A stretch of DNA of 63,614 nt, counting the filler, from Hyphochytrium catenoides (lineage: Eukaryota > Protista > Hyphochytriomycota), in assembly GCA_900088475.1 (NCBI GenBank). It is 6 parts of 6 records of this genome, joined end to end, with 100 filler letters (N's around TTAATTAATTAA, not from the genome) between each part and the next. Parts side by side here need not be neighbours in the genome. Positions count along the whole stretch, not along the records: positions 1 to 25,126 come from FLMG01002213.1; positions 25,227 to 39,720 come from FLMG01002193.1; 4 more parts are not named here. One strand, given 5' to 3'. Position numbers and translations under genes: made by a program. The notes below the pieces were generated by a model. It was given only the letters and a program-made list of their open reading frames with translations, did not search any database and was not told the origin of the DNA. This document shows, one piece after another, positions 24,290 to 35,865 of the stretch. Numbering within the stretch: position 1 is the stretch's first letter; each line of letters begins with the position of its first letter.

Positions 24290-24830
24290 ACAAGATCCTT
24301 TGCCCATTTTATCCGCTATCGGCTTCAGCTAGCCGATGTAAGACCCTTTCACTGAGGATAGGTGTGCTAGGTCATTGTTGATGCACGGGTTCGGAGTCAT
24401 TATAGCCGTCCCAGGGTTTGGCTTTCGATCGCCAGCATTCACCAGGATGAACAACATCTGCAGCTGATGCGCGAAGGATATACCGCCGTCGCTCGTATCA
24501 AGCAATGCAAGTGACAATGGCTAAAGACAAAGCCTATTGCATTGACGACCAACAATCTACTCTTCACCTCACCAACGTTCTCTAAGTACCTGAGCTCGCC
24601 AAGAACCTCCTTAGCGTCTAACTTACGGGACCCTTCCAGTCCCATCACCTACGCTCGCTAATGAGGTTCTTGCCGAGCTCAGGTACGTAGAGGACGTTGG
24701 TGAGGTGGATAGTGGACTGTTAGCCATCAACATTAACAAAGCCGAGCTGCGAAACATGCCGCCGTCGATAGCGGAGGAAGGTCTTTCACATCGATCAATC
24801 ACGCCCTTCGTCAGAGGAGGCATGAAAAGA
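24290..24830. mobile_element. Two decayed Ty1/copia protease-region fragments in inverted orientation
   Basis: The + strand gives STLHLTNVL*VPELAKNLLSVS and the - strand gives IHLTNVLYVPELGKNLIS, the conserved copia post-protease motif. A degenerate zinc-knuckle-like LCPF.......SRC lies upstream (about 24298-24340). Confidence 0.65.
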
Positions 24831-25126
24831 GGTTCTCATCATTGGAATGCTTGTTAGCCTTCTTCCTGCTTCCTAAACCCTTTTCTGTGCTCATCTCTAC
24901 CTTGCTAACGTTCAACTTTTCAACCTGACTTTGTCCTTTCACCGCCACACTAGGAGATGGAGCTCGGAGGCCGCGAACAGACAAGGAGTATGTATGCCTG
25001 GAGCAGATAGGCAAAGAAGGGATAGGGCTCTTGACGTCATTGTCTCCTGTTATAGCTTTTTCTCATAGCAATAGAACTCTCCCTTCCGAAATATCACTGT
25101 CCCTGCCTCTCGGAAGCCTCTTTTTC

Positions 25127-25226
25127 NNNNNNNNNNNNNNNNNNNNNNNNNNNNNNNNNNNNNNNNNNNNTTAATTAATTAANNNNNNNNNNNNNNNNNN
25201 NNNNNNNNNNNNNNNNNNNNNNNNNN
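25127..25226. other. Artificial contig spacer (N44-TTAATTAATTAA-N44)
   Basis: Six-frame stop linker at 25171-25182 embedded in Ns; the identical structure recurs five times. Confidence 0.97.
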
Positions 25227-25841
25227 GGACACTAAACATCCTACGGGGGTCAAGGCTCGCTGGATAGCTTACCTACATCTTTCCTTCCTGTTATGTTATC
25301 GACTGATTCTCTGCACAGGTTCTGGTCTCGGTCCAAAACGTCCTCCAACTTCTAGAGTACTACCTAGTAGTTTGCGGATATCATCTCTCGCTAGGCGTTT
25401 CTTAGTCTGCAGCACTATTACTTTCAGTGGGTGTGTGCAAGAAGGAATTCGCTCAATAGAATCAGCAGGGGGTCGTTCAGAACCTTAGCTTGCAATGAAA
25501 GCTGCCACTTGCTGGCCCGGGATGAGTGGCCAACGGCTTTCAAGCTTAGTACTTCATTCAGCCACCTTCCTTGAAGTTTTATCCATAGAAGCTTGAGTCT
25601 CTGCTTTCTAAAGAGTAGAGTGGAGCCTTAGCATAGAACTCATCATCATTTAAGGGCTAGCAGTGTGCGCTCAAAGTTGTCCAGAATGCCGATGAACTCG
25701 ATCGAGGTCGGTAGGTTGATACCACTACTTTATTTCCTTCTGCTCGCCCGGATGCCGTGACAAGAGTTGACTGAGCTACAATACTGACAGTCACTGTCTA
25801 TTGAGGGGACTGTATCAGAGATAAAGGACTAAGAAACTGAC

Positions 25842-26035
25842 TGTATTGACTGTTCTGCGGCAGCGCATAGGTCTAGTCAGCTTTGCTTCTTCTACCGGTT
25901 GTCGCTGTGTCTAGAGTAGTTGAGCAGGCGGCAGAGGCTGAGGCTGACCGAGGAAATCTGAAAGTGACGTAGGAGGTCAGCCCCATCCTACACCCGCGCC
26001 AGGAAAACCTAATATCCCTCCCTGGATATTCCACC
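25842..26035 (-). repeat. About 190-bp dispersed repeat / transposon end, copy A
   Basis: Near-identical reverse complement of 26741-26930. The terminus GGTGGAATATCCAGGGAGGGATATT contains a 7-bp hairpin. Confidence 0.85.
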
Positions 26036-26377
26036 CCGGCAATATATTTGGCCATCGTCCAGGGGTCGCCGAATGAGTTTCCCATAACTCTTTAAGAAGA
26101 GCTTGACATGTGTCAAAAGTTCTTCATATGGTCGCGCGAGGTGAGCTATGGATCATCAGCTTTTACTGCTGTGCAAGGGTAAATTGGGTGCTGGCCATTT
26201 CATTGGTTGATCTCAATGAAGGTTGCTGCTACCTCCTCATCTTTATTCTTTATATAGCTACACTTTACCGCCATCATCACCTCTCACCGACATCACCACA
26301 TCATCAGCAGAGGAGCTGTGAGAACCCTAAACTGTCGACGACAGTGACTATCGTAAACTGTCGAGTAGGACATCACT

Positions 26378-28440
26378 TCACTCATTGATTGACGGCACTA
26401 CTCCAGGGGAGACCAGAACCGTCATATGCCGAATCCGATCCTGTGACTTCATTCGGTCTGCCTCAAGAGAAGATGATTGATCAGTCTTCGTCGCAAAAAG
26501 ATTGTCATACTCCACTGAGTCTTGGAGAAGCAGCATCCCATTAGCCGGTATAAGCCACAGTCTCAAAAGCAATCTGCAGTTCAGAGCAAAGGACGTTGAT
26601 AGGCGGCTTACAGCAAAAGTATAGACCTGAACTTTGAAACGTCCCCAAGGCACTTGTCCTTCCCAGAGCACTCTGTTATAGGACTCCATTGGACCGCCAA
26701 AGGTCATCCTGTAGAGCAGCCAGGCTTCTACTCCTGGAACGGTGGAATATCCAGGGAGGGATATTAGGTTTTCCTGGCGCGGGTGTAGGATGGGGCTGAC
26801 CTCCTACGTCACTATCAGATTTCCTCGGTCAGCCTCAGCCTCTGCCGCCTGCTCAACTCTAGACACAGCGGCAACCGGTAGAAGAAGCAAAGCTGACTAG
26901 ACCTATGCGCTGCCGCATAACAGTCAACTACAACATCACAAAGAGTGCAAATTGTATGCGGTCTAGGTGGAGTTTTGTTCTATAAACAGGCAGCAAGGCA
27001 TCTATATGGAGAATGACTGAGTCCAAAGCCAAAATGACACCATTCCGATGGCTCGATTATCCCAGTACAGGGTATCACACAGACTCAATAGGGCAAGGGT
27101 TGCCTGAGAGGAAGTCAGCAGATAGTCAAAGGACCACATCAACCGCCAAACCATCATACCTCTATTAAGTAGGAGAGAAAGGGGCCCAACCACCAGCACA
27201 GTTGCCATGAACCCTACTACGCAAATGAGCTCAGAAGCTGCTAGTCCCTGTCTTGCATTTGGAGTACGTGATATGATGACTGATGACGCCAGACCTACAA
27301 GTGCTAGCACTGCGAGCAGAGTTGCAAGTAGTATTGAATGTTTGGGTTGTAGTCTCATGATAAAATTGGCAAACAAACGGCAATAGGAATCGGCGGCACT
27401 GGAGCGTTGGGATCCACTTTCCAGATGTTGTCGCCGATGAAGCTGTGTCTGCAAACACACAGGGATGGCCCTTGGCCAGTTTTGGACTCAGTCTTTTGTC
27501 GAGGTAGCAACGGTGATCGCCTCCTGGACCTGGATGTCCTCGGTCTTTCGTTCCGGGTGAGTAACCAAGCGCAGTGAAAGGTTTGTCCGGTATGGGTAAC
27601 ATTGACTGGGATCTTCGTCATAGTGGTGCTCGCCCAACTTTGACGTTCTATGAGCTTCCCAGCCCTTGTATAGGTTCTTAACTACAAAAATTACCATATT
27701 GAAGAGGACGTTACTAGCCATATCGATCACAGACAGGCGGCGACCCCCGATCTCAAGAAAGAGGTCTGGAGTATCGGGGATCATACGGTTGATGAGGGTG
27801 AAGACCCATACTGGGGCCACGGGAAGAGCAACGAGAAAGGAATTTCTAATGGCCTTCCTCTTGATGACTGTGGCATCCAACATTGAGGCCGCAATTCCCG
27901 CGAGAGTCACGCTAAGTGGTGCCAGTATCCGAAAGTCGTGGTAGATAGCCAGTAGGAGCCCAGTTAGAGAAACGAACATAGACACCGTGAACCAGAACTC
28001 ATAGGTTCTGGCCAATGGTCTCATCATATCATACCTCGAGCCAAGGATAATGTTAAGGCAGGTGGGTGCCATCAGAGAGAAGCATATTCCTGCCAGTAGT
28101 TCCGCCTGCTTTGGTGCAAGGAACCAGCAGAGGACAGTCAGAATAAAGCCGAACTTTATGGCAACTTGACACGGGCCCTGAGCCCTTTCTAGATATTTGA
28201 GCATGCATTCTCGGAGTCCTCGGCCTTATTTTGGCCCATCAGGAAATAAGGACTTAAACTGTATAGCAGAAATTTTTGGAGGTTGAGCCTTGGCAATGAA
28301 GATGAAGGCTCCAGGCAATACACAAGGGAAAGCTCACAACCCGGCATTCTTGCTTTCTCAGAGCGATCTCCTTGTCGTAGAGATCCTCTTCTAGTAAGGC
28401 TAAACGCTGCGGTTGTCGGGCTGAGTCGTGCAGGTACCAC
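26378..28440 (-). pseudogene. Multi-pass membrane protein of unknown function (disrupted)
   Basis: Collinear hydrophobic ORF pieces (28189-28440, 27488-28204, 27002-27460, 26378-26707) with two repeats of an L.RT/S.(E/D)F/Y ... D.R ... DA module. Broken by frameshifts (about 28200, 27450 and 27003) and the 190-bp insertion. Confidence 0.65.
26741..26930 (+). mobile_element. 190-bp insertion (copy B) inside a multi-TM gene
   Basis: Removing 26741-26930 joins ...FALFVML to VPGVEAWLLYRMTFGGP... in frame on the - strand. The sequence matches copy A. Confidence 0.8.
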
Positions 28441-29192
28441 GACTTCCTCTAAGCCATCTGTTCGCCTACACCTTATCGGATAGACTGATCTACCCTGGCC
28501 CGCAACTTTGGAGTATCATCCACGGTAGCAGTCTTGAATCGTTGAACTCATTGGTGAGATGCAATAGTCAATATCAGAATGATGGCACCACTCCTATATA
28601 ACGTGGAACTAGGTGAAGAATGGAAGTGTATGGAGACAGCGCCAATGTATTGGCCTGTTTATACTGATTTTGGAGAGATGTAACTGGCCTCCCGCTAACG
28701 CCCATTACTGGCGATTTGAGTGCTGGCCATTATGATAAGCCGCCAGATCTGTGAAATATTCGAAGGTCCTGCGGCCCTCTTCTGTACGATGAGACACATA
28801 CACACTAGAGCCTGTCTTAATCCTTCAACGAATTTTGCTTTTATAAAATGAGGATGGGTCTCTGACTTTTGAGACTGGTTGTTGACCGAATATCCAGACA
28901 TCCAGATTCTCAGCGAGATGCTCTAAACTCTGGTGTTAATAGTCTTTGTGGACCAAGGCTTCTCACACCATGGTGCAGGTTGACGATATTACCTCACGAC
29001 TCTGCTTGCTACTCGTCAAGTACCTACAGTCTGGGCCTTTTATAGGTGGGACTACGAAAGAAGCTCTCCTACAGGCTAAGAAGCAGATTGACAAGACGCT
29101 AGAAGAATGGGCTTACACTCAGCAACTATATTGTGACGAAGTGATACCAGTCAATCCAGGAAGTCCGGGAAAGCAGGAGGCAGTCGGGGACC

Positions 29193-30149
29193 ATGGAGAG
29201 AGTATCAACGCTGCTGGTAATAGTACTTGGGACCTGGATCGAAGGCGACCGGAGCTCCCAGAACAGTTCTGTTTGCAAGAGTCATGGGCAGATTGTGGTA
29301 AAGAAGAAGGTTCGGCAATGGGAACGCCAAAGAAAAACGCGCACTATCATAGCCGTCCGTCCAATTGTCGAGCTCACTAATATGGAGAGCAACCTGACGG
29401 TTATGGCATGGCTTTTCGGAGAGCGAGTTCTGACATGGTACTTCTCTCGTAAGAGCTTGATGTATTTGCTGAGCCTGGTCTTGGGTCTGAGCAGCTATAT
29501 CTGTGGATTGTTCTCGGTGGTTACCTCGGATATAGTGGCAGCTTTTGTAGCGTCCCTTACCTGTGCTCTTGGAAATTGCTTTACCTTGGTAAGCGCTACC
29601 TCACTATACAATCGGAAGCTCTTGTTCCTGGCACTAAGGACCTTCGATGCGCAGCTTTTCATTGCTGAGACACTATTGGTGTCTATAGCTGTCGTGGGAG
29701 TCTGCTGCTTTTCTCCCTGGGGTTACGCTCTCAGGCTTGCGGCGTTCGTCTATCTAAACGCTCTCTTTACGCCTTATGACAGCCTGCCTTCAGCGTACCG
29801 AAGTCGATCATACAAGTGGATTATTCTGGCCAATTTGCTACTGTGGTGCACTGTGACAACGATTATCTACCTTCGAGAAGCACCGAGCGTTTGTGCTCAG
29901 CGATGGGACCTGTATTATGGACATATAGAAGAAAATGATCCAAAGAAGACGCGATGGAGCTTCTCCATTTTGGAGTTCTTCGTAAATCGAAGTGCTAATG
30001 TGCTCGTTCTACTTCTGAGGGCAACATATCTGACATTTAGGTATCCTCAAGATTGCATCTTTATTCGAAGCAGGATGCGTGTTGTGGAAATGATCGATTC
30101 AAGAAGTAAGAAAACGACACGAGCAAAACAAAGCTATGCTCAGAGTTAA
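29193..30149 (+). CDS. Multi-pass membrane protein of unknown function
   Basis: 318-aa ORF with about 6-7 hydrophobic segments and an NRKLLFLALRTFDA ... D.LP...R module resembling the divergently transcribed neighbour. Confidence 0.65.
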   Translation: MERVSTLLVIVLGTWIEGDRSSQNSSVCKSHGQIVVKKKVRQWERQRKTRTIIAVRPIVELTNMESNLTVMAWLFGERVLTWYFSRKSLMYLLSLVLGLSSYICGLFSVVTSDIVAAFVASLTCALGNCFTLVSATSLYNRKLLFLALRTFDAQLFIAETLLVSIAVVGVCCFSPWGYALRLAAFVYLNALFTPYDSLPSAYRSRSYKWIILANLLLWCTVTTIIYLREAPSVCAQRWDLYYGHIEENDPKKTRWSFSILEFFVNRSANVLVLLLRATYLTFRYPQDCIFIRSRMRVVEMIDSRSKKTTRAKQSYAQS

Positions 30150-32052
30150 GCAGACCTACATGTATGAATCTGCTGTACACTAATGGAGCGTTGTGAGGTA
30201 GCTTCCTATGGCTAGCTATCTCAAAGCCGATAGCGAAGGGTCAAGCAAAGGACCAATAAATTCTCTTCTTCTAGGTAGCAACACAGTTTAACCAACCAAC
30301 CTAACCCGACTTGTGTGTCTGATAGTTACTCCTCTCATAGGTGAAGCACTCTGGACGCTACGATCAAAAGAAACAGACAGAATTTGAAGAGTTTTAACGA
30401 AGAAACACAAAGAGAATGCTATGGTCCTGAAGATTTGAGTCACTGCGGTAGTGCTTCCGACATAGGCTGCACACACTACCAATACCCACTATACCATAAT
30501 AGCTAGTTTGTGTTTGTCCTGCTCAACATCATTGATGTCTTCTCTAGGTGCGCATAGTTCTTCTTGCTAATTAAAAAAAAGAAAGCAATATAGTCTCGAT
30601 GTGAAAGCACCAAATGTCAAACGTCCTCGAGTGAAACGCCATGACCAGATTCATAGTAGCAGAATTCCGTAGTATCATAACAGAGGGTACATGGAAATCC
30701 GAAACACCCATATACCACGACTTCCGTTGGCTCTGGTACAGGCGAGAGCAGCATGTAATCCCCGTGACATAGAGACCGACAAACCGCGAGGCGTGAGATG
30801 ATCGAACGAAACCACTGACCAGTAACGGAGGACTCCAAGAGCCAAAGCATTACCGTCCACCGACGTTCGTCCTCGGTGAGCTCTACCTCCCCTAGACCGC
30901 AACTAATGCCTTAAGGCGAGCATGCTAATCCGTCTGATAGATACCCATTCTTTGCTGAGACAAAGTGAGCGGGATTGCTGGATTCTGCAGCTTACTCGGC
31001 AGCTCCTCGATGTTCCTGTTATGTTCCTGTCGTACTCTTGGCTCGGCGATAAACAGAAGTTTCAGCTTCATTCATTCCAGGTGTCGTTGCTGAGAGCCAG
31101 CATGCCACTAAATGAATGGTTGGCTGTAGCTGTTGGTGGCACAAAGGGCTAGGATGATGGTGAGCATTGGCATAAATGATTGGGCGTCCTTCTTGAATGC
31201 ACTCCCTCAGTGCAGCTTGATGGTACTAACGATATTTCGCACGGACAAGGCTGCCTGCTTTGGGCTCGGCATCATCGTTCCATTNNNNNNNNNNNNNNNN
31301 NNNNNNNNNNNNNNNNNNNNNNNNNNNNNNNNNNNNNNNNNAGTATGTTGAGTCCTGTGAATATAGGGTCGTCATACTTTGGGTATAGCTAGAGACCCCT
31401 CGCCGTAGTTTGTTCTCTCGAAGGACTTTCAGTTTTCCCTATACATCATGTAGAGACACTCACGTCAAGAGTTTGACGTGTGCTCCGTTGTGGGGACATT
31501 CACTCTGGAATCGTTGGTCAGGGTTTTCTCAAGGTCCTCCATTTGTTCTGAAGTTCTCTTTTGGTGGGCTTGGTGTCTTTCTCAGTTTCTCTTGAAATTG
31601 CTTGCTTTCTCGTCAGAGGCTCTGAATCTTCGTCATTCTGTCTGGCGTTCTACATTGCGATCACTAGTTCTATTGTCTGTCACCGCTTAGCAAAATTGTG
31701 ACGATCAAGAAGTCAGCTGCTAGCTCTTAAGAATACACCTAAGCTTCTCCTAGACGTCATCATCACAGCTTCTACGCTGTTCCTTTGCCTTGAATCAGTG
31801 ATGACCTCGCTGTGCAATCCCCATACTGACGACAGTGGCCAGTAAGCGATGGCAGGCTCAAAGAACTATGAACTCCTCTTCGGCGTACTTCGTTGGCAGC
31901 TTCTGACTGTCCTATCATCATATTCAATTTTTCATTGAGATCCTCACTACGCATAAACCTAGCAGTAATCAACCTGGCTGGCTTAGTAGCATTAGTGATT
32001 TCGATCTCATAGTTCTTCGCCCCTGCTAATCAGCTCAAATGCCATATCAGCT

Positions 32053-32901
32053 ATGGGGTATCCAACGATTCGCTTTCTTTTTTTGAGGGCAATGGCTAGG
32101 TCTCTTCCTATGGTGGTGCTTGTAATGCTTCATGGTATCGCATCACAAGACGAGGGTTGTATGCTCTCTATGCTTTGTGCCCTCGATAGTGATCTTAGAG
32201 GAGAGGGCACATTCGTTGGCTGCGGATGCCGTGATGGCTTTGAGTCCACTACTTGCTATACAAATCCTTTTCTTGATGCTCCAGTTGATGGCGTCTGCTA
32301 TATTTTAGAACCAACTACTAATAAGTGTAAGGGCGCTGGTGGTATACCAGACAAACCCAATGGCTTTCAAGAGGATTGCCCTGTTGGTGAATCCTGCATC
32401 AGTGAGGACAAACTAAAAGGGACTTGTGTCAGAGCAAGATTGCCTTCCGGCAGAAGCCCTTCACGACAACCTAGCACTCTCTCCCCTACGCCAACTTCAA
32501 GCCACAATGATAACGACAGACGACCAACTTCTCTGGCACCTACGCCTACAGTTACCACCCCTTCAGTTACCACCAGGACCCCAAGTCTGACTACTAAGGC
32601 CCCCGTTGAAACTGGGTCTCCTCCAGGCAACGAGCAGGATTGGGGAGCTACCACGACCTCGCCGCCCACATCGTCAGCTGAGAGCACGATTCGTCCTACC
32701 ACAGAAGTCACATTAACACCAGATGGTAAGGGTGAGGACACGGACCCTTCACCCACTCCTACCTCCATGAATGACGCTAACCCTAAGCCGTCAGGAAATG
32801 GTAGGCAATGTACAGTTACTCTGACGAGTTTAGTGCTGTCTCTCTTTTCGTCGCTTACCATGTTGCTCTATGGTCAATTACCAGCTTTGGTAAGCAAGTA
32901 A
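32053..32901 (+). CDS. Secreted/GPI-anchored Cys-rich + mucin-like (S/T/P) surface protein
   Basis: Hydrophobic N-terminus (the start may be Met at 32092), 10-Cys domain, T/P/S-rich stalk, hydrophobic C-terminal tail after a PSGNG omega-like region. Confidence 0.7.
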   Translation: MGYPTIRFLFLRAMARSLPMVVLVMLHGIASQDEGCMLSMLCALDSDLRGEGTFVGCGCRDGFESTTCYTNPFLDAPVDGVCYILEPTTNKCKGAGGIPDKPNGFQEDCPVGESCISEDKLKGTCVRARLPSGRSPSRQPSTLSPTPTSSHNDNDRRPTSLAPTPTVTTPSVTTRTPSLTTKAPVETGSPPGNEQDWGATTTSPPTSSAESTIRPTTEVTLTPDGKGEDTDPSPTPTSMNDANPKPSGNGRQCTVTLTSLVLSLFSSLTMLLYGQLPALVSK

Positions 32902-33138
32902 CGTTGGTGGTTGGTATAATAGCCGTACACGCCAAAAGTCAAGTTTGGTTGATACAGATTGGCAACACCACCAAGGCGTTAAGCAGCTTAAGACACCTGC
33001 CTTTCGTTTTTTTATCTGAAGAGAAGTATAATTGCAACTCACTTAAGAGACAATGGTGTTTGGGTTAATCCTTGTTAGCGGGTGGTTAGGGTATGGCATC
33101 AGCAGAGTGATCGGTGGATGGCACCGTACTCTAACCTT

Positions 33139-34708
33139 TCAAGTCTCACATTCAGTGCAAGGACTGTTGCATATGCACTTTCCATCGTGGTTGGTGTACC
33201 AAAAGGGAAGCGCGTTGGAAAAGCAGTTCCCATCATTGGAGACACGGACAATGGCAAGACAGGATGCGCCAAATGGAAGAACGATGGGACACTTGGGAAC
33301 ATCAAAGTAAACAACAGAATCAGAATACAACTCTACGTTCTCTGTTATCGCCTGTACCCACTCCTGGTTGACTCCGCTATCGTTCTCCTGGTCCAAAACC
33401 ATCTGGTCTCCTGCCATGTGAATGGTCTTCTTTGATACTCGAAAGTGAACCAAAAGGCGAGGCGTCTGGAGAAAAGGTTTTCCAACCACGTTGACTCTCT
33501 TGCCTCCCTTCACGTCATCACTTGTGGAGGAAAGCGACAGGATCACCTGTTGGACTCGCTGCAACACCTTCTTGTGTGAGAAAGTGTAGAAAGGGTCTGA
33601 GATGACGGGTCGTACACTAGAAAGCGTTCCCCTCGACACTCCTTGTTTATCCACAAGCTTGAATGCCAAGCAGAACTCTTGATGACCATGCTTCGCTGAC
33701 GCTTCCGTGATGGTCAAGTCATCGAAAGAGGCAACACCTGAGACGGCCACAGGAGCAATCCGCGTTCCTTTCAAAATGTTGAAGGAAGGCTGTCTTAAGG
33801 TCAGAAAGGTTGAAGATGAGGACGTCATGGAGTCCTTGAATGTGTGTCCATAGAGCACCTGGACTAACACGTGGAGTTGCTCTGTTAGCTCAGCCGAGAC
33901 ATGCAGGCAGTCTAAGTTGTGCAGCTTAATCGCCCACTTGAAGTTTCTGTTGTCTCTCGCAGCCTTGGTGCGTATTGGCGTTCGTGGCTGCATTACTATC
34001 TCGAGGTAAGGCAGCCTCTCTTCGCGACTTCCTTCTTTGTCACAAAGTTTCTCGCAGTTGTACAAAGAGAAAAGTAGAACCCTGACGCAGACGGCTGAAC
34101 CTGGGGCAAGTAGATAGTCCTTCGTTAAGAAAGACACGGCCATAAGATTGTGGTGACGCCTTGGGGTGCCGCTGGTCCACAAAGTAGTGGGAGCTCTCCT
34201 TTACGCCTTGGTTTTGCCTCTTTGCCACCGCTTGATCGTCAGACTGTCTGGGCCCCCTCTTGCCTGTAACTCCACCTCCATACTTCTCGGAGTCGATTCC
34301 GCCATAATCGTCAAAATCATGGTGTGCGGTACTGCTCTTTAACTCTGTGGCAGCCAGGCATGGAAAGGAAAGGGCGGTAGGAGAAAAGATGTCGAGATAT
34401 GAGAGATAAATGTCCTCCTGGTGGGGCTGTATAACCTCAGCCTCCAAAGTGAAAGGCGGCCCAAAGCCTAAGCCCCGTTCAGAAAGCGCTGCAGTGGCCA
34501 GGACCCTAGCCCACTCCTCAGTGATGGACGCTCCAGCTGTTGAAGGCATAAAGTCCTGTTCGTGCATGGAGAGAAAAGCTTCAAGAACGTCCTGCTTGTT
34601 TGACCAACAAGGGTCAGCCAACAAGGCCGTGGTTAGGAGGCAATCTCCGTTCATAGCTGGCAAATAGAGCATTGGATAACAGTTACCCGCTGGACGGCCT
34701 CTAAACAA
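33139..34708 (-). CDS. Putative transcription factor: Rel-homology/STAT-like (p53-fold) DNA-binding domain + IPT/TIG domain
   Basis: PYLEIVMQPRTPIRTK..RNF, GVASFDDLTITEAS.KH...F.L.F.L and V.SDPF..FSH, followed by IPT motifs LS.TS..VKGG..V.VVG.PF, VVYFDVP and VRVSNDG..FSN.LPF.Y. The two ORFs can be joined by a phase-0 intron GTAAAG(34204)..GAG(34051) or by a frameshift. Confidence 0.65.
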
Positions 34709-35507
34709 TTCCGAGGCTACGTTTGATTACATTGTGACCTGTGTAAGATGAAGATCTGATGAAGAACCTTACCACATTCCAAAGTGGGTCGTGTGTAAGT
34801 AGAGCTGGACCAAAAGCTTGAGAGAGACAAGAAAATATTACGTCAGTAAGAGAGCCTCTTTAGACTAGAAGATCCTTGAATTCTGGCAATGGATATCTAG
34901 GGAATACTCTGAGTAAGAGCTACAAAGGCCGGCATGGCACCAGAAATTTGCCGAGAGACAGTGAAGACAGTTAAGGTTATGAAAGAGGAGGAAGAAGAGA
35001 TGCCCTATTTGACTGATCTCTTCCTTTCTTTTAGTCACCACGAGGACGGTGATGATGAGAGTTAGTTCCCCAAACTACTCGTCCTGTTGATTTTAACTAA
35101 TGATGCCGGCGTTGCTGCTGCTGCAAAAGAGTAATATTAATGTAGTAGTTCCTTTCTGATGGATGCAGGAGAAGACGAGTGACACGACTTCTCTTCTTCT
35201 TCCTCTGCCGTCATACTACTTTGTTCCTCCTTACTGCTGCTGCATAACAATGCCATCGATATCATCATCACCAGCTAAGATCAACATCAAGATTCACTAG
35301 AGGGCTGAGCAAGAGAAGAATAATTTCTTGTGATCACTGGTGTTTGGCGAGCGATGATTGAAGTCAAGCCAATCTGCTGCCTCCATCGATCCTTCGGTCT
35401 AAAAAACAATATGGTAGTTCTGTGCAGCAGCATTAGTAAAGGGTGACGTGGGCATCATTTCATTGGCTGCAATGGAGCTTTCCTCTCGGCCGAAAGTAAG
35501 AATATAA

Positions 35508-35632
35508 TCTTATAATTGGTCGGAGCTTCATCACTTTCCCCAGTCTTATGTATGGATGGCCCATTTTTTTCCCTAATCTTATTCATAGGTTGGAACAATT
35601 TTTCCCCAATCTTATTCAAGGGTGAATCCTAT
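35508..35632. repeat. Degenerate 33-bp tandem repeat (about 4 units, core TTTCCC.A.TCTTAT)
   Basis: TCTTAT cores at 35508, 35544, 35577 and 35610. Confidence 0.7.
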
Positions 35633-35823
35633 TTTCGGAGGAAGACGGTACATGGAGAATTTCGAAGATGAAGGTGTGAAAGGGGAACAGATCTTCGCGA
35701 ACACGCCTCATACTCTGCCATGTGCCAAAGTGAGATTCTTTATGTCAGAACCACAATGAAACTTTCGTGTGGACGGAACTTCCAAAATTGTTCGAATTCT
35801 ATTTATCTGTGGAAGGTTGATTG

Positions 35824-35865
35824 TTTCGTCGCATTATTTACAGCTTTCGTCGCATTATTTACAGC
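35824..35865 (+). repeat. Perfect 21-bp tandem duplication
   Basis: TTTCGTCGCATTATTTACAGC at 35824-35844 and 35845-35865. Confidence 0.9.

Noticed and set aside
25842-26930. A single MITE with 190-bp TIRs enclosing 26036-26740
   Set aside because: The enclosed DNA is the in-frame 3' end of the host TM gene, the sharp termini face inward, and no outer TSD exists.
35508-35865. CRISPR-like array
   Set aside because: Repeats are contiguous and degenerate with no unique spacers, the context is eukaryotic, and no cas genes are present.
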